Positions 1 through 8,036 are shown, counted from the stretch's first letter. The stretch is 29,998 nt of DNA from Candidatus Firestoneibacteriota bacterium (GCA_038042445.1 JBBTED010000121.1:1-29998), one strand, 5' to 3'. Translations and numbers: made by a program. The notes: a model not told the origin generated them from the letters alone.

Positions 1-1035
1 AGCACCCTCAAAAGTTGCCATTTCAGTCATTATCCTGATACTTGCTTCAATAAGATTCATTCCAAGTGCTGCACCTGTGCCTTCACCTAAACGCATATTT
101 AAATTCAGTAGAGGGGATAGACTGATATAATCAAGTATAATTCTATGACCAATTTCAACTGAACAATGAGATGCAATTAAATAATCTTTCACTTTTGGTT
201 CAAGAGTATATGCAATTAATGCAGCAGCTCCAGATATAAAACCATCAATAACTACAGGAATTTTATGCGATGCACCTGCTAATATTACGCCTGCTAATCC
301 GCCAATTTCAAATCCACCAACTTTTGATAGAACATCAAGCCCATCTTTTTTAGACGGTTTATTTACTTCTAATGCTTTTTTTATGGCAGTTATTTTTTTT
401 GATAATTTGTCGTCATCTATGCCTGTGCCTCTGCCTGTTAATTTTTCTACATCTGTTTGTGTTATTGCAGCTACAATTGCGCTACTTGGTGTAGTGTTAC
501 CTATGCCCATATCACCAGTTCCAATTATATCAATGCCTTTTGCAAGTTCTTCTTCTACTATTTCTATACCTGCAGTTATTGATTTTATTGCTTCATCACG
601 TGTCATTGCAGGTCCTTTAGCCATATTTTTTGTGCCATAATTTATTTTTCGGACAACCAATTCTGGATACTTTTCCAAATCACAGGCAACTCCCATATCA
701 GCAACTATTACTTTTGCTCCAGCAAACTTTGCTAATACATTTATTCCAGCTCCGCCTCTTAAAAAATTGTATACCATTTGTGGAGTAACTTCTGATGGAT
801 ATGCGCTTACATTTTCTTCTACAACACCGTGGTCACCTGCCATAGTAAATATTACTTTATTTTTTATTGGTGGATTTTCTTTTCCTGTAATAGCTACTAC
901 TAATTTTGCTATTTCTTCCAATCTTCCAAGACTTCCAAGTGGTTTTGTAAGATTATCTAATCTTTTTTGTGTTTTCTCCAGCAATGATTTATCAATTGCT
1001 GTAATTTTTGCTAATGTTTCTTCTAATTTACCCAT
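1..1035 (-). CDS. cobT: Nicotinate-nucleotide--dimethylbenzimidazole phosphoribosyltransferase (3' end beyond window)
   Basis: Manual translation from ATG 1035 (SD GGAGG upstream): MGKLEETL...RLDNLTKPLGSLGRLEE...AGDHGV...GGAGINV...GDMGIGNTT...GRGTG...VGGFEIGG...IDGFISGAAAL...MRLGEGTGA, all CobT signature motifs. Not in the ORF track because the stop lies outside the window. Confidence 0.97.
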   Translation of the reverse strand, partial: MGKLEETLAKITAIDKSLLEKTQKRLDNLTKPLGSLGRLEEIAKLVVAITGKENPPIKNKVIFTMAGDHGVVEENVSAYPSEVTPQMVYNFLRGGAGINVLAKFAGAKVIVADMGVACDLEKYPELVVRKINYGTKNMAKGPAMTRDEAIKSITAGIEIVEEELAKGIDIIGTGDMGIGNTTPSSAIVAAITQTDVEKLTGRGTGIDDDKLSKKITAIKKALEVNKPSKKDGLDVLSKVGGFEIGGLAGVILAGASHKIPVVIDGFISGAAALIAYTLEPKVKDYLIASHCSVEIGHRIILDYISLSPLLNLNMRLGEGTGAALGMNLIEASIRIMTEMATFEGA

Positions 1036-1064
1036 AATTTTACCGCCTCCTTTTAAAATGTTAC

Positions 1065-1130
1065 TGTAGGGCAAACCTTTAGGTTTGCTTACTTCTGCAA
1101 GAGAATGCAAGGCTAAAGCCTTGCCCTACA
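1065..1130. repeat. GTAG-tagged REP doublet (REPIN-like)
   Basis: TGTAGG-GCAAACC-TTTA-GGTTTGC ... GCAAGGC-TAAA-GCCTTGC-CCTACA; near-identical (reverse complement) to 8701-8758. Confidence 0.85.
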
Positions 1131-1135
1131 TGTTT

Positions 1136-2461
1136 CTAAAGTTTATATTCAACCTCAACACTATTTAAGCCATTTTTTCTAAAACAATATTTTTCTTTTT
1201 TCTCAGCAATAATTCTAAATGCATATTTAATTACTTCTTTATAAAAATCACAAAATACTGCTTTACTATACATATTACCTAATGAATGTAATTCTGCAGG
1301 GCAAGGTGCACCACATATATTTCTAAAGATGCACACATTACATTCAGGAATTTCTTCTGTAACTCTGGCTCTTATTTGTTTGAATGGTTTAGAATGCATA
1401 GCCTTCTCAATAGAATCTTTAAAAATATTTCCGCCTGAAAATTTGTTTAATCCTATAAATTCTCCACAGGGTATCATTTTACCATTAGCTGTTATTGTGA
1501 AAAAGCATCTACCACCACCGCAAGGAGAGATGTCGCACATAAGTCTTCGTGCAGTAGGAGCAATTATTCCTAACAGAGTATTAGCAAAATTACCGATTAT
1601 TATTTTTCTTTTAGAATTCATTGAGTATTTTATAGCTTGTTTAACTGCTTTAAGAAAATATTTTGTCATAATTTTAGTATCGGGTTTAAGATTACGACTG
1701 TTTTTTTGTGTTAATCTGATAGGGTTTATTAATACACAAGGCACTTCTTTTTTATAGAGATACTTTACTAATTCCGGGAGTTTGGTAGCATTTAATTTTG
1801 TTATGGTGGTAAGAATATTTAATCCTTTATATCCACGAAACCATTCAAGAATTTGATTTATTTTTTGAAAATGTCCCCCATATTTTGCGTTTGGTCTTAA
1901 TCTATTATTTGTTTTAGCATCAGCTGCATCTAAAGAAATACCGATACTGATTTTATGTTTTTTTATAAACTCTACATCTTTTTCTTCTAATAGAAGTCCA
2001 TTAGTCTGAATACCAAAATAAAAATCCTTCTTAAATTTTAATATTAACTTGAACAAAATATCTTTAACTATTAGAGGCTCACTTGCATGAAATATAATTA
2101 CAGGCTTCTTTTTTGTATGCGAAAAATACTTTTTAATCTTCATTAATATAAATTCTAATTCTTTTTCACTCATTGAATGTCCGTATTTTCTTGTCTTAGC
2201 AGGAACATAACAATAAGGGCAATTTGCATTGCATCTATCTGTGGGGTCGATATATATAGCGGAAAGCTTTGTGGTGAAGCGAAATTGATACATTTCTTGA
2301 GCAGACCGTTTTTTCATTTTTTCATATAGAGAGAGTAATTTAGCTGGTATAGAAAATGGCAAATCATCATTATTTTTTACAATCCCCCAAAATACACTAT
2401 CAGGTTCAATTAAAATTTTATCTTTTTTGCTTAGATCTTCTAAATACAAGTTTTTCTCCAT
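1136..2461 (-). CDS. cbpB: Radical SAM/SPASM peptide-modifying enzyme, CbpB-like
   Basis: CxxxCxxC (CNANCPYC). C-terminal SPASM cysteines: CDISPCGGGRC...IPC...CNVC...ICGAPC...FC. N-terminal EPDSVFWG motif recalled from the CbpB family. A short Cys peptide gene lies directly upstream. Confidence 0.85.
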   Translation of the reverse strand: MEKNLYLEDLSKKDKILIEPDSVFWGIVKNNDDLPFSIPAKLLSLYEKMKKRSAQEMYQFRFTTKLSAIYIDPTDRCNANCPYCYVPAKTRKYGHSMSEKELEFILMKIKKYFSHTKKKPVIIFHASEPLIVKDILFKLILKFKKDFYFGIQTNGLLLEEKDVEFIKKHKISIGISLDAADAKTNNRLRPNAKYGGHFQKINQILEWFRGYKGLNILTTITKLNATKLPELVKYLYKKEVPCVLINPIRLTQKNSRNLKPDTKIMTKYFLKAVKQAIKYSMNSKRKIIIGNFANTLLGIIAPTARRLMCDISPCGGGRCFFTITANGKMIPCGEFIGLNKFSGGNIFKDSIEKAMHSKPFKQIRARVTEEIPECNVCIFRNICGAPCPAELHSLGNMYSKAVFCDFYKEVIKYAFRIIAEKKEKYCFRKNGLNSVEVEYKL

Positions 2462-2495
2462 AATATTTATTTGTCTCCCTGACTGTAAAAGTAAT

Positions 2496-2523
2496 GTAGG
2501 GAACAGGCAGACCTGTTCCCTAC
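2496..2523. repeat. Single GTAG-tagged perfect hairpin
   Basis: GTAGGGAACAGG-CAGA-CCTGTTCCCTAC, a 12-bp perfect stem, 7 nt downstream of the peptide stop codon. Confidence 0.8.
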
Positions 2524-2530
2524 TTCATCT

Positions 2531-2674
2531 TTATAACAATGCTTTTTTTGTGTCACCATACATCACATAGTGAGACAATCCATTTCCTGTTGTAGCGCAT
2601 TTTAATCGGTAAGATATAGCTTGTGTTTTTACAGCACCAACCTTTTTCAAGCTTTTTTTGCTTTTTTTAACCAT
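2531..2674 (-). CDS. cbpA: 47-aa modified-peptide precursor, CbpA-like: MVKKSKKSLKKVGAVKTQAISYRLKCATTGNGLSHYVMYGDTKKALL
   Basis: Read manually, not in the ORF track. Strong SD AAGGAGGTGA just upstream of ATG 2674; TAA at 2533-2531. The core YRxxCxxxGxGLSHY matches my recollection of the CbpA precursor family. Sits immediately upstream of the rSAM/SPASM gene. Confidence 0.85.
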   Translation of the reverse strand: MVKKSKKSLKKVGAVKTQAISYRLKCATTGNGLSHYVMYGDTKKALL

Positions 2675-2709
2675 ATATATTCACCTCCTTTATTTAGATT
2701 GTGTATGAA

Positions 2710-2766
2710 GGTAGTCGCAGGCTTTAGCCTGCGGTTTTTTTTAGCCCGCCTAGGCGGGCGGCTACC
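2710..2766. repeat. GTAG-tagged REP doublet
   Basis: GGTAGT-CGCAGGC-TTTA-GCCTGCG ... GCCCGCC-TA-GGCGGGC-GGCTACC; the first arm is nearly identical to 28789-28812. Confidence 0.8.
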
Positions 2767-2807
2767 ACTACTAAAATATTCACCAACGGTATTCACTGAG
2801 TATTAAC

Positions 2808-2851
2808 AAATAAAAAAGCCTCAAGCTTATATAAATTCAAACTTGAGGCTT
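2808..2851 (-). terminator. Intrinsic terminator (riboswitch expression platform)
   Basis: Minus strand AAGCCTCAAG-(loop)-CTTGAGGCTT followed by a U-rich run, between the aptamer and the first gene. Confidence 0.8.
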
Positions 2852-2874
2852 ATCAACCAGATAAAACCTTTCAA

Positions 2875-3042
2875 TATTTAGGCAGGTCTTCTGACTTGAG
2901 GTTTATTCTACACTTACTTCTTCCCGGGATAGTGGTCTATCCCAGTGATTTTATGTAAGTTCGTTTTCTCTTACAGCGGCGGGCCCGTTCCTGATTTTTA
3001 CAGGATTCCCTATTCTCTTGTTTTTCAACAAGCACCTAAATA
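2875..3042 (-). ncRNA. Cobalamin (B12) riboswitch aptamer
   Basis: Minus strand: AGGTGC...AATAGGGAATCCTGTAAAAATCAGGAACGGGCCCGCCGCTGTAAG...CACTGGGA...CCGGGAAG...AAGTCAGAAGACCTGCC (B12 box). P1 is TATTTAGG/CCTAAATA. Lies upstream of a cobT operon. Confidence 0.95.
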
Positions 3043-3050
3043 TTTTTAAA

Positions 3051-3079
3051 ATTATACTGTAAAAACTAAAAAGTGTAAA
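3051..3079 (-). promoter_or_regulatory. sigma70 promoter for the riboswitch/cbpAB/cobT transcript
   Basis: TTTACA (3079-3074), 17 nt, TATAAT (3056-3051); predicted TSS ~3044, just 5' of the aptamer. An 8-bp inverted repeat AGTGTAAA-7-TTTACACT (3072-3094) overlaps the -35. Confidence 0.75.
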
Positions 3080-3149
3080 TGTTTATTTTACACTACCAAT
3101 ATCAAATAGTAATTGATAAAATTTTTTAAAGGGAATAAAATAAATTCAA

Positions 3150-5336
3150 ATGAAAGCATTGTCTTTTGAACTTGTGAATTTACCGTTGTTTATAGTATGT
3201 GTTGTTGCTATTTTGTGGGGGCTTTTTTTATATTATAGGTATGTTCGCGAGAATAAGAAAACACCATTTGTTTTGCGTATTATCACATTTATTCTTGTTC
3301 TTATAATATGTTTGCATCCAACATTATTAATATTCAAAAAATTTGATAAAAAACCTGCACTTGCTATTATTGTAGATGATTCTGCGAGTATGCAGATTAA
3401 AGATCCTTTAATTCGGTTTGAACTTATTCGGAAACTTTTTAAAAGTGATAGATTAGTTAAGTTACAGGAGAAATATAAACTAAATTGGTATACTTTTTCT
3501 TCAAAGGTAGAAAAAAGTTCTATGGAAAATATCATTAGAAAATTTCCAAAAGGTGAAATGACAGATATAGGTCTTGCTATACAAAAAGTTACTGATGAAT
3601 TGTCTAATGAAAATTTGTCTGCTATGGTTGTTATTACAGATGGCGCTCATAATGGGAATTATGAACCAGTTCAAGTTGCCCAAAGATGCCCTGTTCCTAT
3701 TTATACAATTGGTGTTGGAAATCCTGAGAAATATTGTGATTTAGAATTAATGCAGGAACATATTCCGGATTTTATATTTAAGAATACAGAAGCTGCAATT
3801 TCTGTGAAAGTTAAATCCTATAATTTTAGGAGTGAAAAACTTCCAGTATTTTTACGAATAGGCAAAGAAGTTTTGCAAAGTAAAAAAATAAATATAAAAG
3901 AAGGCGAAGAAGTTAATGTGGATTTTAAGTTGAAATCTTCTAATATAGGGAATTGGACATACAATATAAGTATTCCCAATTACCCGCAGGAAATCACACA
4001 TTTAAATAATAGGAAAGAATTTGCAATAAATGTATTACGGGACAAAATAAGAATGCTTTATATATGTGGGCAACCAGGATATGAGTATAAATTTTTGCGA
4101 GCTTCTTTAAAGAGTGACCCTAATATAGAAGTGGTTTCATTTGTAATATTGCGAAATCCAGAAAATATATCACTGTTTCCTGAAACTGATCTTACATTGA
4201 TTCCGTTTCCTGCACAGGATTTACTTTTAAAAGACATTTATGATTTTGATATTTTTGTAATGGAAAATTTTTCATACAATAGATTTTTTTCGGTTCAATT
4301 ACTTGAAAATGTCAGAAATTTTGTTGTGGAAAAAGGTGGTGCTTTTGTAATGCTTGGCGGAGTAAATTCTTATGGTAAAGGAGGGTATAAAGGAACTGCT
4401 ATAGAAGATATATTGCCTGTTGAATTTGCAGGGAATCAGGAAGAAATGTTTAACAAAGATTTCAAGTTAAAGCCTGTTGAATTTAATCATCCTATAATGA
4501 TGCTTGGTGATATTCCCGAAGAAAGCAGGCAAATATGGGAATCTATGCCAGAACTTTCTACTTGCAACCAGTTATTAAAACCCAAAAACGGAAGTATTCT
4601 TCTTGGAGTAAATAATTTATCTCCTGATATGCCTGTTTTAACAGTTTGGCAGAAAGGTAAAGGTCGTGTTTTAGCTTTTGCTTCAAATTCTACATGGAAA
4701 TGGAAAACTGGATTAGCAATGAGTGGCAAAGGAACTTATTACTATGATGTATTTTGGCAATCTGTAATTCGCTGGCTTATAAATGCTCCATATCTAAAGC
4801 CTGTTAAAATTAATTTGACAAAACAAAATTTTACAACAGGTGAAGATGTCCGAATACGGATACATGTTTTTGACAAGTATTATAAACCAATTTCCGGTGC
4901 AGATATTAAATTGGATATTAAAACACCTGATAAAAAGAAAATTAATGTAGATGACATAAGTGAAGTAACTGCTGGGGAATACGAAACAAAAGTGAATTTT
5001 ACAGAGGAAGGAGACTATACATTAACCGCTAAAGCTCAGAAAGGTAATTCTATACTTGGAACAGATTCTGTCCATTTTAAAATAAATCTACCTAATTTTG
5101 AATATACTCAGGCTAATTTGAATGAAGAATTACTCAAATCTATTTCAGATGAAACAGGAGGAAAATATTTGCATATTTCAAATGCAGATAAATTTGAAAT
5201 TACATACAAGTCAAATATTCCCGAAGACATTTCAAAATCAAAGCTACCTATTTGGAATCTATTCCCACTTTTTGCAATAGTAGTTTTTCTTTTATCCTTA
5301 GAATGGTACATCCGCAGAATAAACAACCTGCCATAA
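3150..5336 (+). CDS. Membrane-anchored VWA-domain / glutamine-amidotransferase-like (DUF1355-type) protein
   Basis: Two N-terminal TM helices, MIDAS motifs (VDDSASM, TDIG, ITDG), Ig-like segments, GGAFVMLGG...GKGRV GATase-like fold, and a C-terminal TM ending EWYIRR. Confidence 0.75.
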   Translation: MKALSFELVNLPLFIVCVVAILWGLFLYYRYVRENKKTPFVLRIITFILVLIICLHPTLLIFKKFDKKPALAIIVDDSASMQIKDPLIRFELIRKLFKSDRLVKLQEKYKLNWYTFSSKVEKSSMENIIRKFPKGEMTDIGLAIQKVTDELSNENLSAMVVITDGAHNGNYEPVQVAQRCPVPIYTIGVGNPEKYCDLELMQEHIPDFIFKNTEAAISVKVKSYNFRSEKLPVFLRIGKEVLQSKKINIKEGEEVNVDFKLKSSNIGNWTYNISIPNYPQEITHLNNRKEFAINVLRDKIRMLYICGQPGYEYKFLRASLKSDPNIEVVSFVILRNPENISLFPETDLTLIPFPAQDLLLKDIYDFDIFVMENFSYNRFFSVQLLENVRNFVVEKGGAFVMLGGVNSYGKGGYKGTAIEDILPVEFAGNQEEMFNKDFKLKPVEFNHPIMMLGDIPEESRQIWESMPELSTCNQLLKPKNGSILLGVNNLSPDMPVLTVWQKGKGRVLAFASNSTWKWKTGLAMSGKGTYYYDVFWQSVIRWLINAPYLKPVKINLTKQNFTTGEDVRIRIHVFDKYYKPISGADIKLDIKTPDKKKINVDDISEVTAGEYETKVNFTEEGDYTLTAKAQKGNSILGTDSVHFKINLPNFEYTQANLNEELLKSISDETGGKYLHISNADKFEITYKSNIPEDISKSKLPIWNLFPLFAIVVFLLSLEWYIRRINNLP

Positions 5337-5367
5337 ATATGGCTTATCAGAGACTTTAGTGGGCATT

Positions 5368-5401
5368 TCCCCCTTTGAAAAAGGGGGATGGAGGGGGATT
5401 T
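5368..5401 (+). repeat. C/G-rich hairpin repeat
   Basis: TCCCCCTTT-GAA-AAAGGGGGA-TGGAGGGGGATTT; related to the reverse complement of 12576-12611. Confidence 0.7.
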
Positions 5402-5533
5402 TAAAAGTAGGGGTTCAAAAATTTTGGAGTAATTAAGCGTTTTCAAGTTTTAATTTCTAATTTCAGTTGTCTTTTTTATTTCATTATGGGTCAAATTATG
5501 TTATATTTAAAAAAATAAGGGGAGGTGATTAAT

Positions 5534-5743
5534 ATGAATAGAGAAGTAACAATTGAAGTTCCTGTAAAACTTGTAAAAAAAATGAGTAACGCAGTTAAGA
5601 TAACCGAAGATTTTATCAATGAATTCGAAGATTTTATTTTATCCAAAGATAAAAAAATACTTGATAAAATATATAAAGCAAGAGAGGAACATTTGTCAGG
5701 CTGTGTCAAACCACTTAGTGAATTGAAAAATAAATATGTATAA
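5534..5743 (+). CDS. Small antitoxin-like protein (69 aa)
   Basis: SD GGAGGTG fits ATG 5534. The acidic core EDFINEFEDF and the C-terminal 'AREEHLSG..KPLSEL' resemble antitoxins found upstream of RelE/ParE toxins. Overlaps the next ATG by 8 nt. Confidence 0.55.
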   Translation: MNREVTIEVPVKLVKKMSNAVKITEDFINEFEDFILSKDKKILDKIYKAREEHLSGCVKPLSELKNKYV

Positions 5744-6881
5744 AATAGAATATTTTTACAAAATAAAGATAATCAAGTATTTTATGATTTGTCTATTTGT
5801 AACATTTGTCTTTTTTGATATTGTGTTTTCCAAAGATAAATTACAAATTGCAGTAATGGATTTAACTCCTCAAAATATTTCAAGTGTAACCTCTACTATT
5901 GTTTCTGATTTTTTACGCAATGAGTTGTTTAATATCGAAAAATTTGTAGTTTTAGAAAGAAACAATATGGAAGCAGTTTTAAAAGAGCAATCTTTTCAGA
6001 GAAGTGGATGTACTACAAATGAGTGCGCAGTTGAAGTAGGAAAACTTCTTAATGTTCAACAAATGGTTGTTGGTAGTGTGAACAAGCTGGGAGATAAATA
6101 TTATATAAATGTAAGAATGGTTGATGTAGGAAGCGGGACAATAATAAAGTCTGTATCTGAAAAATGTTTTGCAGAAGATGAATTAGATGCTGCTTGTAAA
6201 GTGATAGCAAAAATGTTAGCTGGTGAAATAATAGCAAGAGAAACAAAACTTACAACTTCAGTAATATCTAAAAGTATAGAAACTGAGGTTCAGTATAATA
6301 AAATTACAGAATATTTTAGTGGAAAAATTGGAATAAGTGTCTATAGAAGTTATTGGTTTACAGATTTTACAGAGGGCAAGGACTCTACTGGTATTAATAT
6401 ATGGGGTGGTAGTTTGAAATATAATGTGAATGGGAGAGATTTCCTCGGGTTAGATGTTTTGATTCATAATATTTACTTAGATATAGGGGGGTTCGAATAT
6501 GCTGTGGATATACCCGGGGATACAGTGATGTGGATGTCTGATAAAATACTAGCTATTCCAATTCTTCTTAATTGGCAATGGAATATTACTCAGGATATAC
6601 GAGGGTTAGTTCCTTACATTAAATTTGGATTAGGTACTGTTATAATAAAAAGAACTATGGTGGTGAATTATTATAACGGAAGTCGTTCTGCGTTTGATGA
6701 GGATTTGGAAGCTAAATTTGGATATGAAATTAGCGGAGGTACTGAAATATTTGTAGCCCCACAAGATTTTCCAATTTCAATTAGCATAGACATAACCTAT
6801 CTTGATATATATAAATTTGACTCCATGATAAATGGATTATCTGGAGTAAAATTTGACGGTGGAATAAACGTATATTTCTAA
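5736..6881 (+). CDS. Secreted protein: CsgG/HfaB-like N-terminal domain fused to an outer-membrane beta-barrel
   Basis: Signal peptide; IAVMDL...FVVLERNNMEAVLKEQ...GCTTNECAVEVGKLL...VGSV (CsgG-like); alternating beta-strands ending in the C-terminal Phe (VYF). Confidence 0.75.
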   Translation: MYKIEYFYKIKIIKYFMICLFVTFVFFDIVFSKDKLQIAVMDLTPQNISSVTSTIVSDFLRNELFNIEKFVVLERNNMEAVLKEQSFQRSGCTTNECAVEVGKLLNVQQMVVGSVNKLGDKYYINVRMVDVGSGTIIKSVSEKCFAEDELDAACKVIAKMLAGEIIARETKLTTSVISKSIETEVQYNKITEYFSGKIGISVYRSYWFTDFTEGKDSTGINIWGGSLKYNVNGRDFLGLDVLIHNIYLDIGGFEYAVDIPGDTVMWMSDKILAIPILLNWQWNITQDIRGLVPYIKFGLGTVIIKRTMVVNYYNGSRSAFDEDLEAKFGYEISGGTEIFVAPQDFPISISIDITYLDIYKFDSMINGLSGVKFDGGINVYF

Positions 6882-6930
6882 TATATTACATTCAATCTAT
6901 ACAATTCCATTCCAAATTGCTCAATAATTC

Positions 6931-6961
6931 TTGACAAACTTTAAGTTTTTGAATATATATT
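6931..6961 (+). promoter_or_regulatory. Putative promoter of the TA pair with a palindrome in the spacer
   Basis: TTGACA at 6931-6936, AT-rich -10-like sequence at ~6954-6961, and the palindrome AAACTT-T-AAGTTT at 6936-6948. Confidence 0.5.
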
Positions 6962-6967
6962 AGGTGG

Positions 6968-7534
6968 ATGATAAAAATGTTAATCAAACATGAAAATGAG
7001 AAACTGATAAATGCAATAATCTATTTTCTCCAAAATACTAATCAGTGTGGAAAAACCAAATTGATGAAACTATTATATCTTTTGGATTTTGAACATTTTA
7101 GCCAGATTGGAAAGTCTGTTACTGGATTAGACTATTATGCTTGGGAATTTGGTCCAGTTCCTGAAAAACTATGGCGTGATTTAACTGATAAAAAATCAAA
7201 AATCAGTAATATTATCGTATGTTTTCAAGAAGTAAGCAGCAAATTTCAGAAATTAAAAGCAAGAAAAGATTTCGATAGTAAATATTTTTCAGATAGAGAA
7301 TTCAAATTATTAAAAAATATTGCTTATATTTATAAAGATGCAAGAGCTGATGATATGGTAAAATTATCTCATCTTCCTTTTGCTCCGTGGGATATGACAA
7401 TAAAAGCAAAAGGTGAAAAACAAAAAATAGATTATATGCTTGCCCTTGAAAGTTTTAAAAGTTCTTTGCCCAAAGAAGAAGTTGAAGAAAGAATAGCAGA
7501 TAGACACTTTATTCAAACCTTTTTCAATGGATAA
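6968..7534 (+). CDS. Panacea (DUF4065/SocA-like) antitoxin
   Basis: KLINAIIYF...KTKLMKLLYLLDF...G..VTGLDYYAWEFGPVP...LSH...PW are Panacea-domain motifs. Alternative start at 6977. Confidence 0.85.
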   Translation: MIKMLIKHENEKLINAIIYFLQNTNQCGKTKLMKLLYLLDFEHFSQIGKSVTGLDYYAWEFGPVPEKLWRDLTDKKSKISNIIVCFQEVSSKFQKLKARKDFDSKYFSDREFKLLKNIAYIYKDARADDMVKLSHLPFAPWDMTIKAKGEKQKIDYMLALESFKSSLPKEEVEERIADRHFIQTFFNG

Positions 7535-7934
7535 AAAAGGTGAGGTTATTTGGCATAAATCTTTTCCTTTCTCGAATGGCGGAGAACCAAAAGATAAATT
7601 TTTGATACTGCTTAATACTCCTGACAAAGAAGAACCTTTTTTATTTGCTTTAACAACATCTAAACCAAAAACACAAACATTAGGATGTCATTCGGATAAA
7701 GGTTATTTTGTAATTGAAGGTGGAAAAGAAAAGGTGTTTCCAAAACGTACTTGGGTTAAACTCTTTGACATTCAAGAATTTGATGGTATGGAATTGCTAA
7801 AACGTTCTCTACAGTTAAAACAAATAATACATAAAGAATCCTTATCAGAACAAACTATAAATGAAATAGTAAATTGTATAAAACGATGCATTGATGTTCC
7901 TCAGAATTACAAATTAATAATTTGCAAAAAATAA
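7527..7934 (+). CDS. Putative toxin, divergent MazF/PemK-like fold
   Basis: GEVIW..FPFSNG..K.K.LILLN...ALTTSK resembles the PemK N-terminus; 8-nt overlap with the Panacea gene. Confidence 0.6.
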   Translation: MDKKGEVIWHKSFPFSNGGEPKDKFLILLNTPDKEEPFLFALTTSKPKTQTLGCHSDKGYFVIEGGKEKVFPKRTWVKLFDIQEFDGMELLKRSLQLKQIIHKESLSEQTINEIVNCIKRCIDVPQNYKLIICKK

Positions 7935-7948
7935 TCCGTATCAAATTC

Positions 7949-8021
7949 TTGACATATTTTTGTATTTTTGGTAAATTTTACTATGGAAACTTAAAAAACT
8001 TTTATAGTTTCTATAGTAAAA
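7949..8021 (+). promoter_or_regulatory. Promoter and candidate TetR operator
   Basis: TTGACA (7949-7954), 17 nt, TAAATT with an upstream TG. A 16-bp inverted repeat TTTTACTATGGAAACT (7976-7991) / AGTTTCTATAGTAAAA (8006-8021) with 1 mismatch. Confidence 0.65.
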
Positions 8022-8036
8022 AAGGAGTTAAGTTGA

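Noticed and set aside
383..1069. Plus-strand ORFs 383-640 and 767-1069
   Set aside because: Antisense shadows of cobT. The same applies to the many short ORFs opposite long genes elsewhere in the track.
2621..2806. 61-aa plus-strand ORF
   Set aside because: Antisense to the peptide gene, runs through a REP element, and has a TTG start without an SD.
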